NCBI GenBank assembly: GCA_964291265.2
Contig: OZ219747.1
Span: forward strand, 864,001-928,000
DNA from: Alphaproteobacteria bacterium
GTDB lineage: Bacteria; Pseudomonadota; Alphaproteobacteria; SP197
Direction of reading: 5' to 3'
DNA length: 64,000 nt
Shown: positions 31,201 through 41,178 of the stretch, piece after piece
Position numbering within the stretch: position 1 is the stretch's first letter
How the letters are laid out: each line of letters begins with the position of its first letter
Notes under the pieces: generated by a model
What the model saw: the letters and a program-made list of their open reading frames with translations, nothing else
Told to the model about the DNA's origin: nothing
Databases searched by the model: none
Translations under genes and position numbers: made by a program

Positions 31201-32361
31201 CTATCCCACGGAGGCTTACAGGGGAAAGTTGACATTTTACTCTATTCGGTGGTGCGGTATGCGCTTTCATGCTATATATAGAGCTCCATTGCATTCCTCG
31301 GTGTGGCAGCGCAGGGCGACACTCCGTTGGCCGCTGTTGTCCGGCTCCCCGTCCGCGCGGCGCTGAACCGACAGGAAACGAGATTCATGGGCCGCCACGC
31401 TGGAGGGCGGAAGTCCGCATTGATGGCGTGTGCCGGGAGACCGAACATGCGGCCCCGTTCGGTGATGCCGGCGCCGATTTCATTCTTCTGCCACGGGAAC
31501 CGGTAGAAACCCTCGACCGGGAGACTGGTGGAGGCACCAAGATTGATGCCATGGACACGGGGACAGACCCGTCGTGCAACTCCTGGCCCGGTGTCCGGAA
31601 GAGGTCGACATCGAACGGATCGATGACACCGACGCCGTTGCGGAGGAATGTGCTCTCACCCCGGTTCGGCACCTGGTTGCCGGCGTCGACAGTCGTGGCC
31701 GCGCAGAGGTCGAGAACCCGGCCCGCGACATTCCTGGAGCCATCGGTGCGTGATATCTGGTTCAGCGCTCGGCGCTGGTTCTCGAAGTCGACGAAACCGT
31801 GGGTGAGGGCAAGGATATCGAGCCTCTCGGCGTTGGCCTTGAATTCCGCGGCGATGCCCTTGCCGTGGTGCCGTGCGCCGTCATCGGAATTCGCGCCAGT
31901 CGAGGTCGTGCCTGCCGATTCCACGCGGAAGGTCGCGTTGTGCGTGACCGTCACGCCGGTGTGCATCTCGATGTCGCCGACGTTGGCGACCGCGGCACCC
32001 GGAAGAAGGGCCGCGGACACAGGCGCCAGACTGATCGGCACGATGCGATACTTCAACCTTCTCATCACGCAGTCCGTTGACGAAAGACGGTCAACACCAG
32101 CATCCTTGAATGAAGCCAATAGTGCACAGATGAGCCAAGTTTTCAGCATGCATTCAGGCGGCAAGGGTCTGTCCCTCCCGGAGTCCTGAGGGGCTTGTAG
32201 CGTTGACTGAAGGGCTCGTGCCACCAGTCTCCGACCCGTTTCACGGATCATCGGGGTGCCTGGCGGCAACGCTCCATCCCCGTGCAGATGCGCCAGTCCC
32301 GTCTTCGGCCAGGCGCGCGATTGTGTGCCTCCCCCGTCGATGCCTGGTGCGGTGATCCGGA

Positions 32362-32526
32362 CTACATGCGGATGAGGATGCCGAGGAGAGCGACAGCGGC
32401 GATCATCAGGCCGACCATGGTGACGATCAGGCGTGTTTCCCGCTTCGCTGCGTCTTCAGCCAGACGCGCGATGTCGGTCTTGTACTCGGCATGCCGGGTG
32501 TTCATCCGCTCCTCCAGTGTCGCCAT
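32362..32526 (-). CDS. Small coiled-coil protein with C-terminal TM anchor (54 aa)
   Basis: Manual translation MATLEERMNTRHAEYKTDIARLAEDAAKRETRLIVTMVGLMIAAVALLGILIRM*. Below the ORF-track cutoff; possibly 5'-truncated. Confidence 0.65.
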   Translation of the reverse strand: MATLEERMNTRHAEYKTDIARLAEDAAKRETRLIVTMVGLMIAAVALLGILIRM

Positions 32527-32542
32527 CTTCGCGACGAGCGGA

Positions 32543-32806
32543 TCAGGGGATGAACTTCAGGACCGTAACAATCAGTCCACCGACACCGACCTGGAGGCCG
32601 GCCATGCGCCAGGTCAGGCGTGTCTCCATGGCAACGAGACGTGCTTCCATGGCGGCGAGGCGAACCTCCAGGTTGGCCTTCTTGGCCAAGTGCTCCTGGC
32701 GGTGATCAACCGCGGTCTGGATCGCAGCCGCGTGAGCCTCCGCCACGCTGCGCTCGACACCTGCCGCCTCCAGGAGGTGAACGATCGCCAGTGTGTCAGC
32801 CGCCAT
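32543..32806 (-). CDS. DUF1640/CCDC90-like coiled-coil membrane-anchored protein
   Basis: DTLAIVHLLEAAGVERSVAEA head, coiled coil, METRLTWRM followed by a TM segment; GGAGAG RBS. Confidence 0.75.
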   Translation of the reverse strand: MAADTLAIVHLLEAAGVERSVAEAHAAAIQTAVDHRQEHLAKKANLEVRLAAMEARLVAMETRLTWRMAGLQVGVGGLIVTVLKFIP

Positions 32807-33047
32807 TGGGTGTCTCTCCCATTGATACCTCGTGCGGTGATCTGGACCATATGCTCATCTGGATGAGGATGCCGTGCATGTTGTTGAGGAGAACGACAGC
32901 GATTGCGATGCCAACGAGCGTGATGCCGATCTGCCATCGCAGACCGTTGCGGATTTTGCGTTCGAGGCGCGCCTCCCGCTCGGCCTGCCGGGTGTTGATG
33001 CGCTTCTCCAGTGCCGCCATCTTCGCGGCGAGATCACTGTCCATCAT
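32796..33047 (-). CDS. Small coiled-coil protein with TM segment
   Basis: MMDSDLAAKMAALEKRINTRQAE...LRWQIGITLVGIAIAVVLL; ATGA overlap with higA. Confidence 0.65.
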   Translation of the reverse strand: MMDSDLAAKMAALEKRINTRQAEREARLERKIRNGLRWQIGITLVGIAIAVVLLNNMHGILIQMSIWSRSPHEVSMGETPNGG

Positions 33048-33319
33048 GCCGGCTGGTGGCGCCGCACATGGATCTCGTCGATCCGCGCGCGCATCTGGGT
33101 CGCATCGTACCATGCCCGCATCCGCAGCAGTAGATCCATGCTGATGCCGAACGCCTTCTCTACCCGCATCGCCATTTCGGGCGAAAGCGTCGCACGGCGC
33201 ACGCCGAGAATCCGCGCCGCCGCCGAAACGCTCAACCCGAACTCCTCGAGGGCCTCGATCCGGATGAAGGCTCCGGGATGCGGGGGCGCCATCCCCATCT
33301 TGATGCCGGGGATGTTCAT
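33044..33319 (-). pseudogene. higA: HigA-family antitoxin with an internal deletion in the HTH
   Basis: PPHPGAFIR...GLSVSAAARILGVRRATLS/PEMAMRVEKAFG...LLRMRAWYD. The usual xLxNGKAxLS segment is missing. Confidence 0.8.
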
Positions 33320-33610
33320 CAATGGTAGTCCTCCAGGTTGACTCGCTCGATTCCGCCGTCCCGTTCCTCGAAGGTGATCCGCCAGTTCCCCGACACCGAC
33401 ACGCTCCACTCGTTGCGGCGCTCGCCGGACATCCGGTGGACGCGCCATCCGGGAGCCGCCTCGCGGATGACACCCTCCATGGTCTCTGCCATGGCCAAGC
33501 GCCGCCAGGATGCCGCGTACGCGCTCAACGAGGTCCTGTTTCAGCAGCCGGGACGAATTGTTCTCGTAGAGCTGGCGCAGTCCCCGATGACGACTGGAGC
33601 GGACGATCAT
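33319..33610 (-). pseudogene. higB: HigB (RelE-like) toxin, frameshifted near 33495
   Basis: MIVRSSRHRGLRQLYE...GILAAL, then in another frame PGWRVHRMSGERRNEWSVSVSGNWRITF...NLEDYH*. Confidence 0.85.
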
Positions 33611-33656
33611 GTGGCGTGTGTGTGTACGGCAATACCGTACAATTTGCATGAGGCCT

Positions 33657-33881
33657 TCAGCGCCGCCGGCGGGTCAACCGGTGGAGCTGCTGACGGCAAC
33701 GGTTGCTGCAGGTCAGGGCCTGCGGGCGGTTGAGATCCGCGCCGCAGATGACGCAGGCGATGCCGGGCCGGAGCGGCCCGCGGCGGATCTTCTCGGCGCA
33801 CTCCGGGCAGATCGCGGGTGGGTGCCCAGGTCGACCGGCATGGCGAATCTCGCCGCGACAAGAGCGGCAGGTGGCGGGCAA
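33657..33881 (-). CDS. Small Cys-rich zinc-ribbon protein
   Basis: CRSC, CPEC, CVIC, CSNRCRQ plus a basic tail; typical of mobile-element small proteins. Confidence 0.6.
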   Translation of the reverse strand: MPATCRSCRGEIRHAGRPGHPPAICPECAEKIRRGPLRPGIACVICGADLNRPQALTCSNRCRQQLHRLTRRRR

Positions 33882-34171
33882 AAGCGAGCCTCACGCAATA
33901 GAGTAACGATTTTGCCAGACCACGCCGCCGCAATCAAGAGCGGACCGGGACCACCGCCGATGTGGCGGCCATGATCGCCCGACGTCGACCAGCTCGAGCT
34001 TGAGCTGGCGAGCCTTGGCCTGATCGGTGTCATGTGTCTTGCGGAGCAGGTGCGTGCCGATGGTCGGATCATGTAATACCGTGCACCGCAGACGGAACAG
34101 CGGGCTCAAGTCCTCTTTCTCACGCGATGCCTCTCGTCGGTCCGAGGCATGGCCTCATTGGGATTGTGTGT

Positions 34172-35149
34172 TCATCGCAGCAAGACGGCAGTTTCATCGG
34201 CCTTGAGGGGGGAAGATCGGGGCGTGACGGTCCATCGTGCATGATCGGACTCGGCCCTGACCACCTGTCGGATCAGTCGTGCGGCCTCGCGCCAGAGAGC
34301 GGACACCGGCCGGTTCCTGGCGATGGCGAGCGAAAGTGTCCTCGCCATGACGGGCTCGATGATCCTGGAGGCGCCGAGGGTTGCGGGCTTTCGGCGGACA
34401 AGGCTGAAGGGCAGGATGGCGAAGCCTTCACCGGCCTCGACGAGGTCGATCAGCGGACCGTTGGCGTCTATCTCGATGGCGACATCGGGGATGAGGCCGC
34501 TTGATGCGAAGGCCTTGTCCATCACCGCCCGGAAGCTGCCGGGAAGGGCGTTGAGGATGAGCGGCAGCCGGGCCACTTCGTCGAGCGTGATCATCGGGCG
34601 CTCCGTCTCCGGCGCATCCGCTGGCCCGACAAGGTAGAATTCCTCGGTGAACAGCGCCTCGACATTGCCGGCTGGCCGTGGATGGGTGTCGGCGACGATG
34701 CCGAGATCGGCGACGCCGGTGCCGAGCATGCCGGGAATGCTGGAACTGTGGGCGGCGATGGTGCGCACGGCAGCTTTCCCGTGGCGTTCCCGGAACTGTT
34801 TCACGAGCGGCGCGAAGATGACGGAGCCGACGCTTTCGGGGGCGGCGAGCCGGACCTCGCCGACAAGTGTCTTCCGCAGTGTCTGGAGTTCATCGAGAGC
34901 GTGGTCATGGAGGCGGAGAACCTGCTCGGCATTCTCGAGGAAGTGCTGCCCGGCGATGGTCAGGGAAACGCCGCGGCCGGAACGGATGAGCAGAGCGGTG
35001 TCGGCGAGGACTTCAAGGCGCTTCACGAGACGACTGACGGCTGGCTGAGGCAGCGACAGAGCGTTCGCAGCCCCCGTCACGCTCCCGTGCCTCGCGACGG
35101 CGACAAAGCCCCGCAGCTGGTTGAACGTGATATCGGGCCGGCGCGGCAT
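34172..35149 (-). CDS. LysR family transcriptional regulator
   Basis: QLRGFVAVARHGSVTGAANAL..PQPAVSRLVKRLE HTH plus substrate-binding domain. Confidence 0.95.
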   Translation of the reverse strand: MPRRPDITFNQLRGFVAVARHGSVTGAANALSLPQPAVSRLVKRLEVLADTALLIRSGRGVSLTIAGQHFLENAEQVLRLHDHALDELQTLRKTLVGEVRLAAPESVGSVIFAPLVKQFRERHGKAAVRTIAAHSSSIPGMLGTGVADLGIVADTHPRPAGNVEALFTEEFYLVGPADAPETERPMITLDEVARLPLILNALPGSFRAVMDKAFASSGLIPDVAIEIDANGPLIDLVEAGEGFAILPFSLVRRKPATLGASRIIEPVMARTLSLAIARNRPVSALWREAARLIRQVVRAESDHARWTVTPRSSPLKADETAVLLR

Positions 35150-35301
35150 GGTGGAGGAGTGACCGTGACGCCAAGCTGTCCAAGGAAGTCGTGGCGAACC
35201 ACCATACCCTCAACGGCATCGTGAATATACCTCCGAGGACAGATGCAAGTGTGTCGATTGCGGGCTTGACTGTTGCCATCCGGAAAGGGAATGGAGCAGT
35301 C

Positions 35302-36516
35302 ATGGGCACCGACGCGCATTCCGGTCCCGGTGACGTGTCCGAAGACTCCCTGCGCATCGGCGGACTTTCTCGCGGGGAGCGCGGGCTCATCCTGCGCTGG
35401 CAGGACGGTTCGGAGAGTTTCTTTCACCACATTTGGCTTCGCGATTGCTGTCACTGCCCGGCATGCGGCGACTGCTACTCGAGCAACCGCTGGATGGTGC
35501 CGTGCGATGTTCCGCTCGACATCACCCCCCGCGGCGTGCGAATCGATGCTGGCGGCGGTCTCGTTGTGGAATGGGAACCGGACGGTCATGTTTCCCGCTA
35601 TGCGGGCCACTGGCTCCATGAGAACCGGTACGATCGTTCCGCGAGGGAACGTCGTCGCTTCCGGCCGGTGCTGTGGGACAGCCGGACCCAGGGTCAGCCG
35701 CCCACGTTCGATTTCGCCGGTGTGAGGGATTCGGACGTGACACGCCTCGCCCTCTATCGGGCGCTGCGTGATTGCGGCTGTGCCTTCATCACGAATGGTC
35801 CTTGCCGGCCGGGCGCCGTCGAGGATGTGGCGTCACTGGCGGGTGGACTCGGGGAGTCGGCCTACGGCCCGATCTTCGATCTCTCGCCGAAGGGGAATGT
35901 CCGCACCGCCGGAAACACCACGAGACCGGTTCCGCCGCATACCGACGAGGCGTATCGCTATTCACCTCCCGGGCTGATGGTCCTTGGTTGCGTGCACCAG
36001 GCAAGCGAGGGGGGTGACACCGTCCTGGTCGATGGTTTCCGGATCGCGGCGGTGCTGAAGGACGAGGATCCGGACGCGTTTTCGCTGCTGGTTCGCCATG
36101 AACAGAACTTTGTCCGGATTCACGAAGGGGCGCTGAACCAGCAGGTGCGAGCGCCGATGATTGCACTCGACAGCGATGGCGAGGTCTGCGGTGTGAGGAT
36201 TCACACGCGGTCGTCGGGACCTCTGGACCTCCCCGCTGATCTGGTGGAGCCCTACTATGCAGCCTACCGCCATCTCACCCGGTTGATGATGGCGCCCGAA
36301 CATCAGGTGCGTCGCGTCCTCGCTGCCGGCGACTTCGTCATGTTCGACAATCACCGCACGCTGCATGCACGCACGGGCTTTGCCGATACCAGAAGACACT
36401 TGCAGATTTGCAACGTTCCGCGCGAGGCGCTCCATGAACGCCTGCGTCTTCTGGCGGCGGCGAACGGTTGTGGCGATGAGGCGCGGATGGCTCTCCCGGC
36501 CGGCGCCGTTCGCTGA
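35302..36516 (+). CDS. Gamma-butyrobetaine hydroxylase-like TauD/TfdA dioxygenase
   Basis: WLRDCCHCPAC...DGHVSRY zinc domain, HTDEAY, GGDTVLVDGF, FDNHRTLHAR. Confidence 0.9.
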   Translation: MGTDAHSGPGDVSEDSLRIGGLSRGERGLILRWQDGSESFFHHIWLRDCCHCPACGDCYSSNRWMVPCDVPLDITPRGVRIDAGGGLVVEWEPDGHVSRYAGHWLHENRYDRSARERRRFRPVLWDSRTQGQPPTFDFAGVRDSDVTRLALYRALRDCGCAFITNGPCRPGAVEDVASLAGGLGESAYGPIFDLSPKGNVRTAGNTTRPVPPHTDEAYRYSPPGLMVLGCVHQASEGGDTVLVDGFRIAAVLKDEDPDAFSLLVRHEQNFVRIHEGALNQQVRAPMIALDSDGEVCGVRIHTRSSGPLDLPADLVEPYYAAYRHLTRLMMAPEHQVRRVLAAGDFVMFDNHRTLHARTGFADTRRHLQICNVPREALHERLRLLAAANGCGDEARMALPAGAVR

Positions 36517-36562
36517 CGTTCGAAGACCTGGGGCGCCCTGCCGTTTGATCGTCCCTGTCCGG

Positions 36563-37804
36563 TCAGGCATCGCAGCAACGCCGGCCCGGAAGTGGTGACC
36601 CGGACGGGTTCCGGGCGGCCTCTTCGAGCGCCGTGCCGAGGAAGCGGATGGCCTCGTCCACGCCGCCTTCGCCGTGGTCCACCTTCAGCGCGGCCATCGC
36701 GGTTTCGATCACCGAAAGCGTCCCGAGCACCATCGGGGCATTGACATGACCCATGTGGGCGATACGGAACGCACGGCCCGAGAGTTCGGGCCCGATGCCG
36801 ATGCCTATGGTGACGCCGCAGACATCGCGGCAGAAGGCGATCAGGGGTGCCGGGTCCATGTCGATTGTGCGCACGGTTGTGACGGAATTCGCGCGTTCGC
36901 CGGGCTCGGTGACGTTGAACTCGAGAACATCGCTGCGGCACCACCGGGCAACCGCCGTCCTCACGGTTTCGGCGAGCAGGCGATGTCGTTCGATGACGTT
37001 CGCAAGTCCCTCCTCGAAGAGCATTGTCAGGGACTCATCCAGGCCGAAGAGGAGGTGTTCGGGCGCCGTGCCGCAGTATTTCATGTAGTGCTCGGGTCCG
37101 TCGCGGAACTCCCAGTCCCAGTAGCGTGTGACGAGGCCGGCGGTGCGGCGGCGGTCCCTGGCCCTGCTGCCGACACCGTTGAACGCCAGGCCCGGCGGGG
37201 TCATCAGTCCCTTCTGCGATCCGGCCACCGCGACATCAACGCCCCAGGCATCCATCTCGAACGGCATGGAGCCCAGTGAAGCGATCGTGTCGACCATGAG
37301 AAGGGCATCGTGGCCAGCCATGTCCATGGCCCGGCGAAGCGCCGGAATGTCGTTGACGACACCGGAGGCGGTGTCGACCTGCACCGTGAGCACTGCCTTG
37401 ATGCTGTTCGATGGGTCGTTGCGGAGCCTTTGTTCGAGGGCGTCGGCATCGACGGCCCGTCGCGGGTGCCCGGACATCACCTCGACCTCGATTCCCAGGA
37501 CCTCGGCCATGCCTCCCCAGGTGACGGCAAAGAGGCCGCACTCGAGAACGAGAATCCTGTCGCCGGCGCTCAGGCAATTGCTGAGGGCCGCTTCCCAGGC
37601 GCCGTGGCCGTTGGCGGCGTAGATGTAGGCATTGCCCGTGGTGCCCAGTACCGCGCGCAGGCCCTCCAGGCAGTTCTTGGTAATGTTCAGCAGCTCCCCG
37701 TCGTAGATGTCGACGGCCGGACGGTGCATGGCGGCAAGGACCCGGTCCGGGACGGTGGTGGGGCCTGGAATACTCAGGAATTCGCGGCCGTTGCGAACGC
37801 TCAT
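36563..37804 (-). CDS. Serine-glyoxylate / alanine-glyoxylate aminotransferase (class V PLP)
   Basis: IPGPT, VDTASGV, VDTIASL, GSQKGLMTPPG, FRIAHMGH. Confidence 0.92.
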   Translation of the reverse strand: MSVRNGREFLSIPGPTTVPDRVLAAMHRPAVDIYDGELLNITKNCLEGLRAVLGTTGNAYIYAANGHGAWEAALSNCLSAGDRILVLECGLFAVTWGGMAEVLGIEVEVMSGHPRRAVDADALEQRLRNDPSNSIKAVLTVQVDTASGVVNDIPALRRAMDMAGHDALLMVDTIASLGSMPFEMDAWGVDVAVAGSQKGLMTPPGLAFNGVGSRARDRRRTAGLVTRYWDWEFRDGPEHYMKYCGTAPEHLLFGLDESLTMLFEEGLANVIERHRLLAETVRTAVARWCRSDVLEFNVTEPGERANSVTTVRTIDMDPAPLIAFCRDVCGVTIGIGIGPELSGRAFRIAHMGHVNAPMVLGTLSVIETAMAALKVDHGEGGVDEAIRFLGTALEEAARNPSGSPLPGRRCCDA

Positions 37805-38010
37805 GACCAGCCTCCCTCCGTTCGCGAATCGTGCCAGCGACCGTCGATGATATCATGACGTCCCGGACGGGTCTGCATGGCGCGGTGACCGCCCAAGGCC
37901 TTCCCACGCTGGAATTCGCTTGATTTCACTTGACGTCAGGCGTTCGTATGTTGCACGCGCGCGGACATTTTCCGCTGGCCATCCCGCTTGGGATGTGCGA
38001 CGGTCCGGTC

Positions 38011-39545
38011 ATGTTGTCGATTCGCAAGCGCATGGAAGCTGTCCCGATCCATCAGGAAGCTCCTGAAGGTTTTTCCCTGTCTGAGGTTGAGGTTCGCCTG
38101 ACGAGGCCGGAGGAGCGTCCGCTGTGGGACGCGCTGATGAACAAGCACCACTATCTCGGCTTCCGTCGCCTGGCGGGTCGCGGTCTGCGCTACCTTGCGA
38201 CCTTCAGGGGCCATTGGCTGGGTCTGGCGGCGTGGCAGAACGGCGCCTTCAAGTGCGCTCCCCGCGACCAGTGGACCGGCTGGAAGCCGGAGCAGCAGTT
38301 CCAGCGGCTCTCGATGGTGGCCAACAACACGCGGTTCTTGCTTCTCTCCAAGCCCGGGGTGTTTGCGAACCTTGCTTCTGAGTTTCCTTGCGTGCATGAC
38401 GCGCCGGCTCTGTGACGACTGGCTGAAGGTGCACGGCCACGGGGTGCTGCTGGCGGAGACGTTGAAGCGATCCGGAGATCTTTGCCGGCACGATGTTGAA
38501 GGCTGCGGGCTGGACGTGTCTGGGTGAGACCAAGGGGTTTGCCCGCTCCAACGGGCGTTATACCGATCCCCACGGCAAGCCCAAGGATATCTACGTTACG
38601 GCACTGAGGCGCGATGCCCGGGCGCTGCTGTCGAGCCCGCTGCCGCTTCCCCCCGACGTGGCGCCGCCCTCATGCCCCGAACTGGCGCCCCGGGACCCCA
38701 AGGTGCTGCGCTCGCTCTACGCTTAAGCGCGGCCATTCCCGACTTCCGCCGGGCGCAGGGAAGGAAGCATACCGCGGCATCGGTGCTCACCGTGCACGTG
38801 CTCGCCGAGTTCGCCAACATGAAGGGCTGTGTCGCCGCCGCGCAGTTCGCGCGGTCCCTGTCCCAAGAGGAGTTGGAGGCCATCGGCGCCTGGCTTAACC
38901 CGAAGACGGGGCTTCGCGAGCCCGTCTCCAAGTCCACCATCCACCGGGTTATCCAGTCGATCGACACCGAGGCTCTGGAGGATGTGCTCGCCCGCTGGTC
39001 CCGGCCGCGGCTTCACCTCGCCCGTGCACTCGCCGCCGACGGCAAGCGCATCCGAGGCGCCAACCGCAACGGCGATGGCCGTCTGAGAGACCGTGGCCCT
39101 TGTCGACCATGAGACCGGCGCGCCCTTTTCCCTCCTGAACTTCAACGACGAAGGCGGCGAACTGGCGGCCATGCACGATCTCCTGGAGCGCAGCGACATC
39201 GGCGGCAAGGTGATCACCCTCGACGCACTGCAGACGACACGCCATACCGCAAAGCTGATCACACAACGCGCGGATTACGTCTTCGTCGTCAAGGGCAACG
39301 CTCCGGAGACCTTCGCCATCCTCGATGAGCATCAATTGGCAAAAAGACGCTACCGGCCACTTCACGGAGCCGTTCGACAAGGCGCACGGTCGACTGGAGC
39401 AGCGTTCGATCAGCGTCCTCGTCCCGCCCGCACGGTCTGATCAACTATCCGGGCGTCCGTCAGGTCGCCCGCATCACCCGCTATCGGGAGCCGTGGAAGA
39501 AAGGCTCCGGCGATACCGGGAAGGGGATCCCGGAACGCTGCCAGA
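38011..39545 (+). mobile_element. ISAs1-family transposase with N-terminal DUF4338 domain, multiply frameshifted
   Basis: LWDALMNKHHYLGFR...CAPRDQWTGW...NNTRFLLL; then PDFRRAQGRKH, SKSTIHR, AADGKRIRG, ITLDALQT, DYVFVVKGN, HGRLEQR. Confidence 0.88.
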
Positions 39546-39880
39546 ACATCAAGAACCAGGCATCCGGGCCGAAAACGCTGCCGGTGTCGCCATGCGGGCG
39601 GCACTGAAGCCACGGAATCCGTCCAGGACATCCCGATTCGGCCTCGATTCGTCGGCCTCGCGAAAGATCAGATGGCCGATTCGGGCGCGATTCATCGGCT
39701 TCCCGAAAAATCAGCCGTAGCATAGGAAAGTCCTGGTGACCGCCCGCCCTCTCCCTGAAACAAGGGAGCTCCCGGAAGGAAGGTGGTCTGCCATGTCGAT
39801 CCCGCCACGAAACGACGAGCTGCCATGACGGTATCCTCCCGATACACCACCACCTTCGTTCCGCGGAGCACACCTAGCTC

Positions 39881-41094
39881 GTGCCCGCCCGGAAATGCCC
39901 GTTTCGGCCGACCTTTCGGCGAAGCTTCGGGTTTGATCGTCTCCCGGAGCCGCCGAGCGCTCCGTTTTCGAGGCTTGTTCCTGCCGATTCACGGCGGCAT
40001 CGGGGCGAGCGGATCCGTTCCCGCTTGAGCGGGCTTCGTGCGGATAGGGTCTATTGTCGAGCTGCCGTCAGGCGGCGCGTCTTCGTCGTCGTCGGGACCG
40101 GGCCCGGACTTCCCTGTGCAGCAGCAGCCCGATGCGGTGGACATTGAAGGCTACCATGGACAGCGCCACCATCCGCGCAAAGCCGTCCGCTCCATAGGAT
40201 GAGGACCCGGTCCATGCCGCGTTGCTCGAGATTGTTGATCGCGGCACCCACGGCCGGATGCTGCCGGCGCATCTCCCGGAACGTCGTCTCAGCTTCCCGT
40301 TCCCGGTCCGCCCGAGAGAGCTTCCCCTTCTTCGCAAGCACGTTGTGATCCAGCAGTGCGTCCAGGGCGACCCGGTTGGAAGGGCTGTGGAACCCCTTGT
40401 CGAAACTGCACAGGCGCAGATCCGGGAAGCGCGCCTGCGCTTCCCGGATCACGGGTACGGCATGGTCCACGTCACTGCCTTCCCACAGGATCCGGTGGTG
40501 CAGGAGAAAGCCGTGCTGATCCTCCAGCACGGCCACCGGCACACCGAGTTCCACCGGCACACCGGTCTTGCCCTTCACGCACCAGCGCGTGTGCTCCTCG
40601 AAGATCGAGAACACCTTCTCGTTCTGCGGAATCGTCTCGCCTTTCAGCAGGCGCTGGTCCACCTGGTCGATCCGCCGGCGGGCATGCTCGAGGTGCGACT
40701 CGATCCTGATAACCGCGGGGCCCCCGACGCCGCGCTCCACAAGCAACGGAATCGTCTCCTGCGCCCGCCGGACCAACTCCCGGCCGGTGTCAAGGTACGC
40801 CTCGACATCCTCCGAAGAGGCCCGACGGGTCGCCGTACACGCGCTGAATTCCGCGCAGCATCGGCGGAATGTGGTCCCGCGGATGCTCGGTGAAATCGAT
40901 CTCCTCGATCGCAACCTGTCCCACCTCCAGCTGAGGGTGGACGACGTCTCGCATGGCCATTATCGCGAAGTTTTCCGAAAATCCGGCTGATTCGAGACCA
41001 AACCGGACGATTCCCGTCCCAAAGCGGGATTCTTCGTCTCCTATCCACAATTCAGGTATTCCAGTCAAATGGTTGCACTTTCTCGGGCAGGCAC
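39881..41094 (-). mobile_element. Internally deleted ISNCY/IS5-like element with terminal inverted repeats
   Basis: Ends gtgcccgcccggaaatg (39881) and minus-strand gtgcctgcccgagaaagtg (41094). ORF 40051-40914 has EKVFSIFEEHT, KGKTGVPVELG, SFDKGFHS, RQHPAVGAAINNLE. Confidence 0.82.
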
Positions 41095-41098
41095 GAAT

Positions 41099-41178
41099 TA
41101 CCAGCACTTTCTCAGACGATTGTCAGGAAGCCCCAAAACCAACCAAAATCAGCCATCATCGCACGGCCGAACGCTTGC
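41099..41178 (-). repeat. IS66 left end (80 bp), truncated by the ISNCY element
   Basis: Reverse complement is highly similar to 63480-63559. Confidence 0.85.

Noticed and set aside
31210-31240. ggcttacaggggaaagttgaca as an IS end
   Set aside because: No partner repeat or transposase found nearby.
31385-32269. 294-aa ORF with a possible signal peptide from MRRLKYR
   Set aside because: No recognisable family; may be a decayed secreted-protein gene, but I cannot support a call.
34095-34130. gcgggctcaagtcctct as a tRNA 3' att remnant bounding the higBA region
   Set aside because: No GTTC T-loop, no good stem and no CCA; too weak.
38011-38415. Druantia defence system
   Set aside because: The DruA-like domain is part of a transposase; no DruE helicase or other dru genes.
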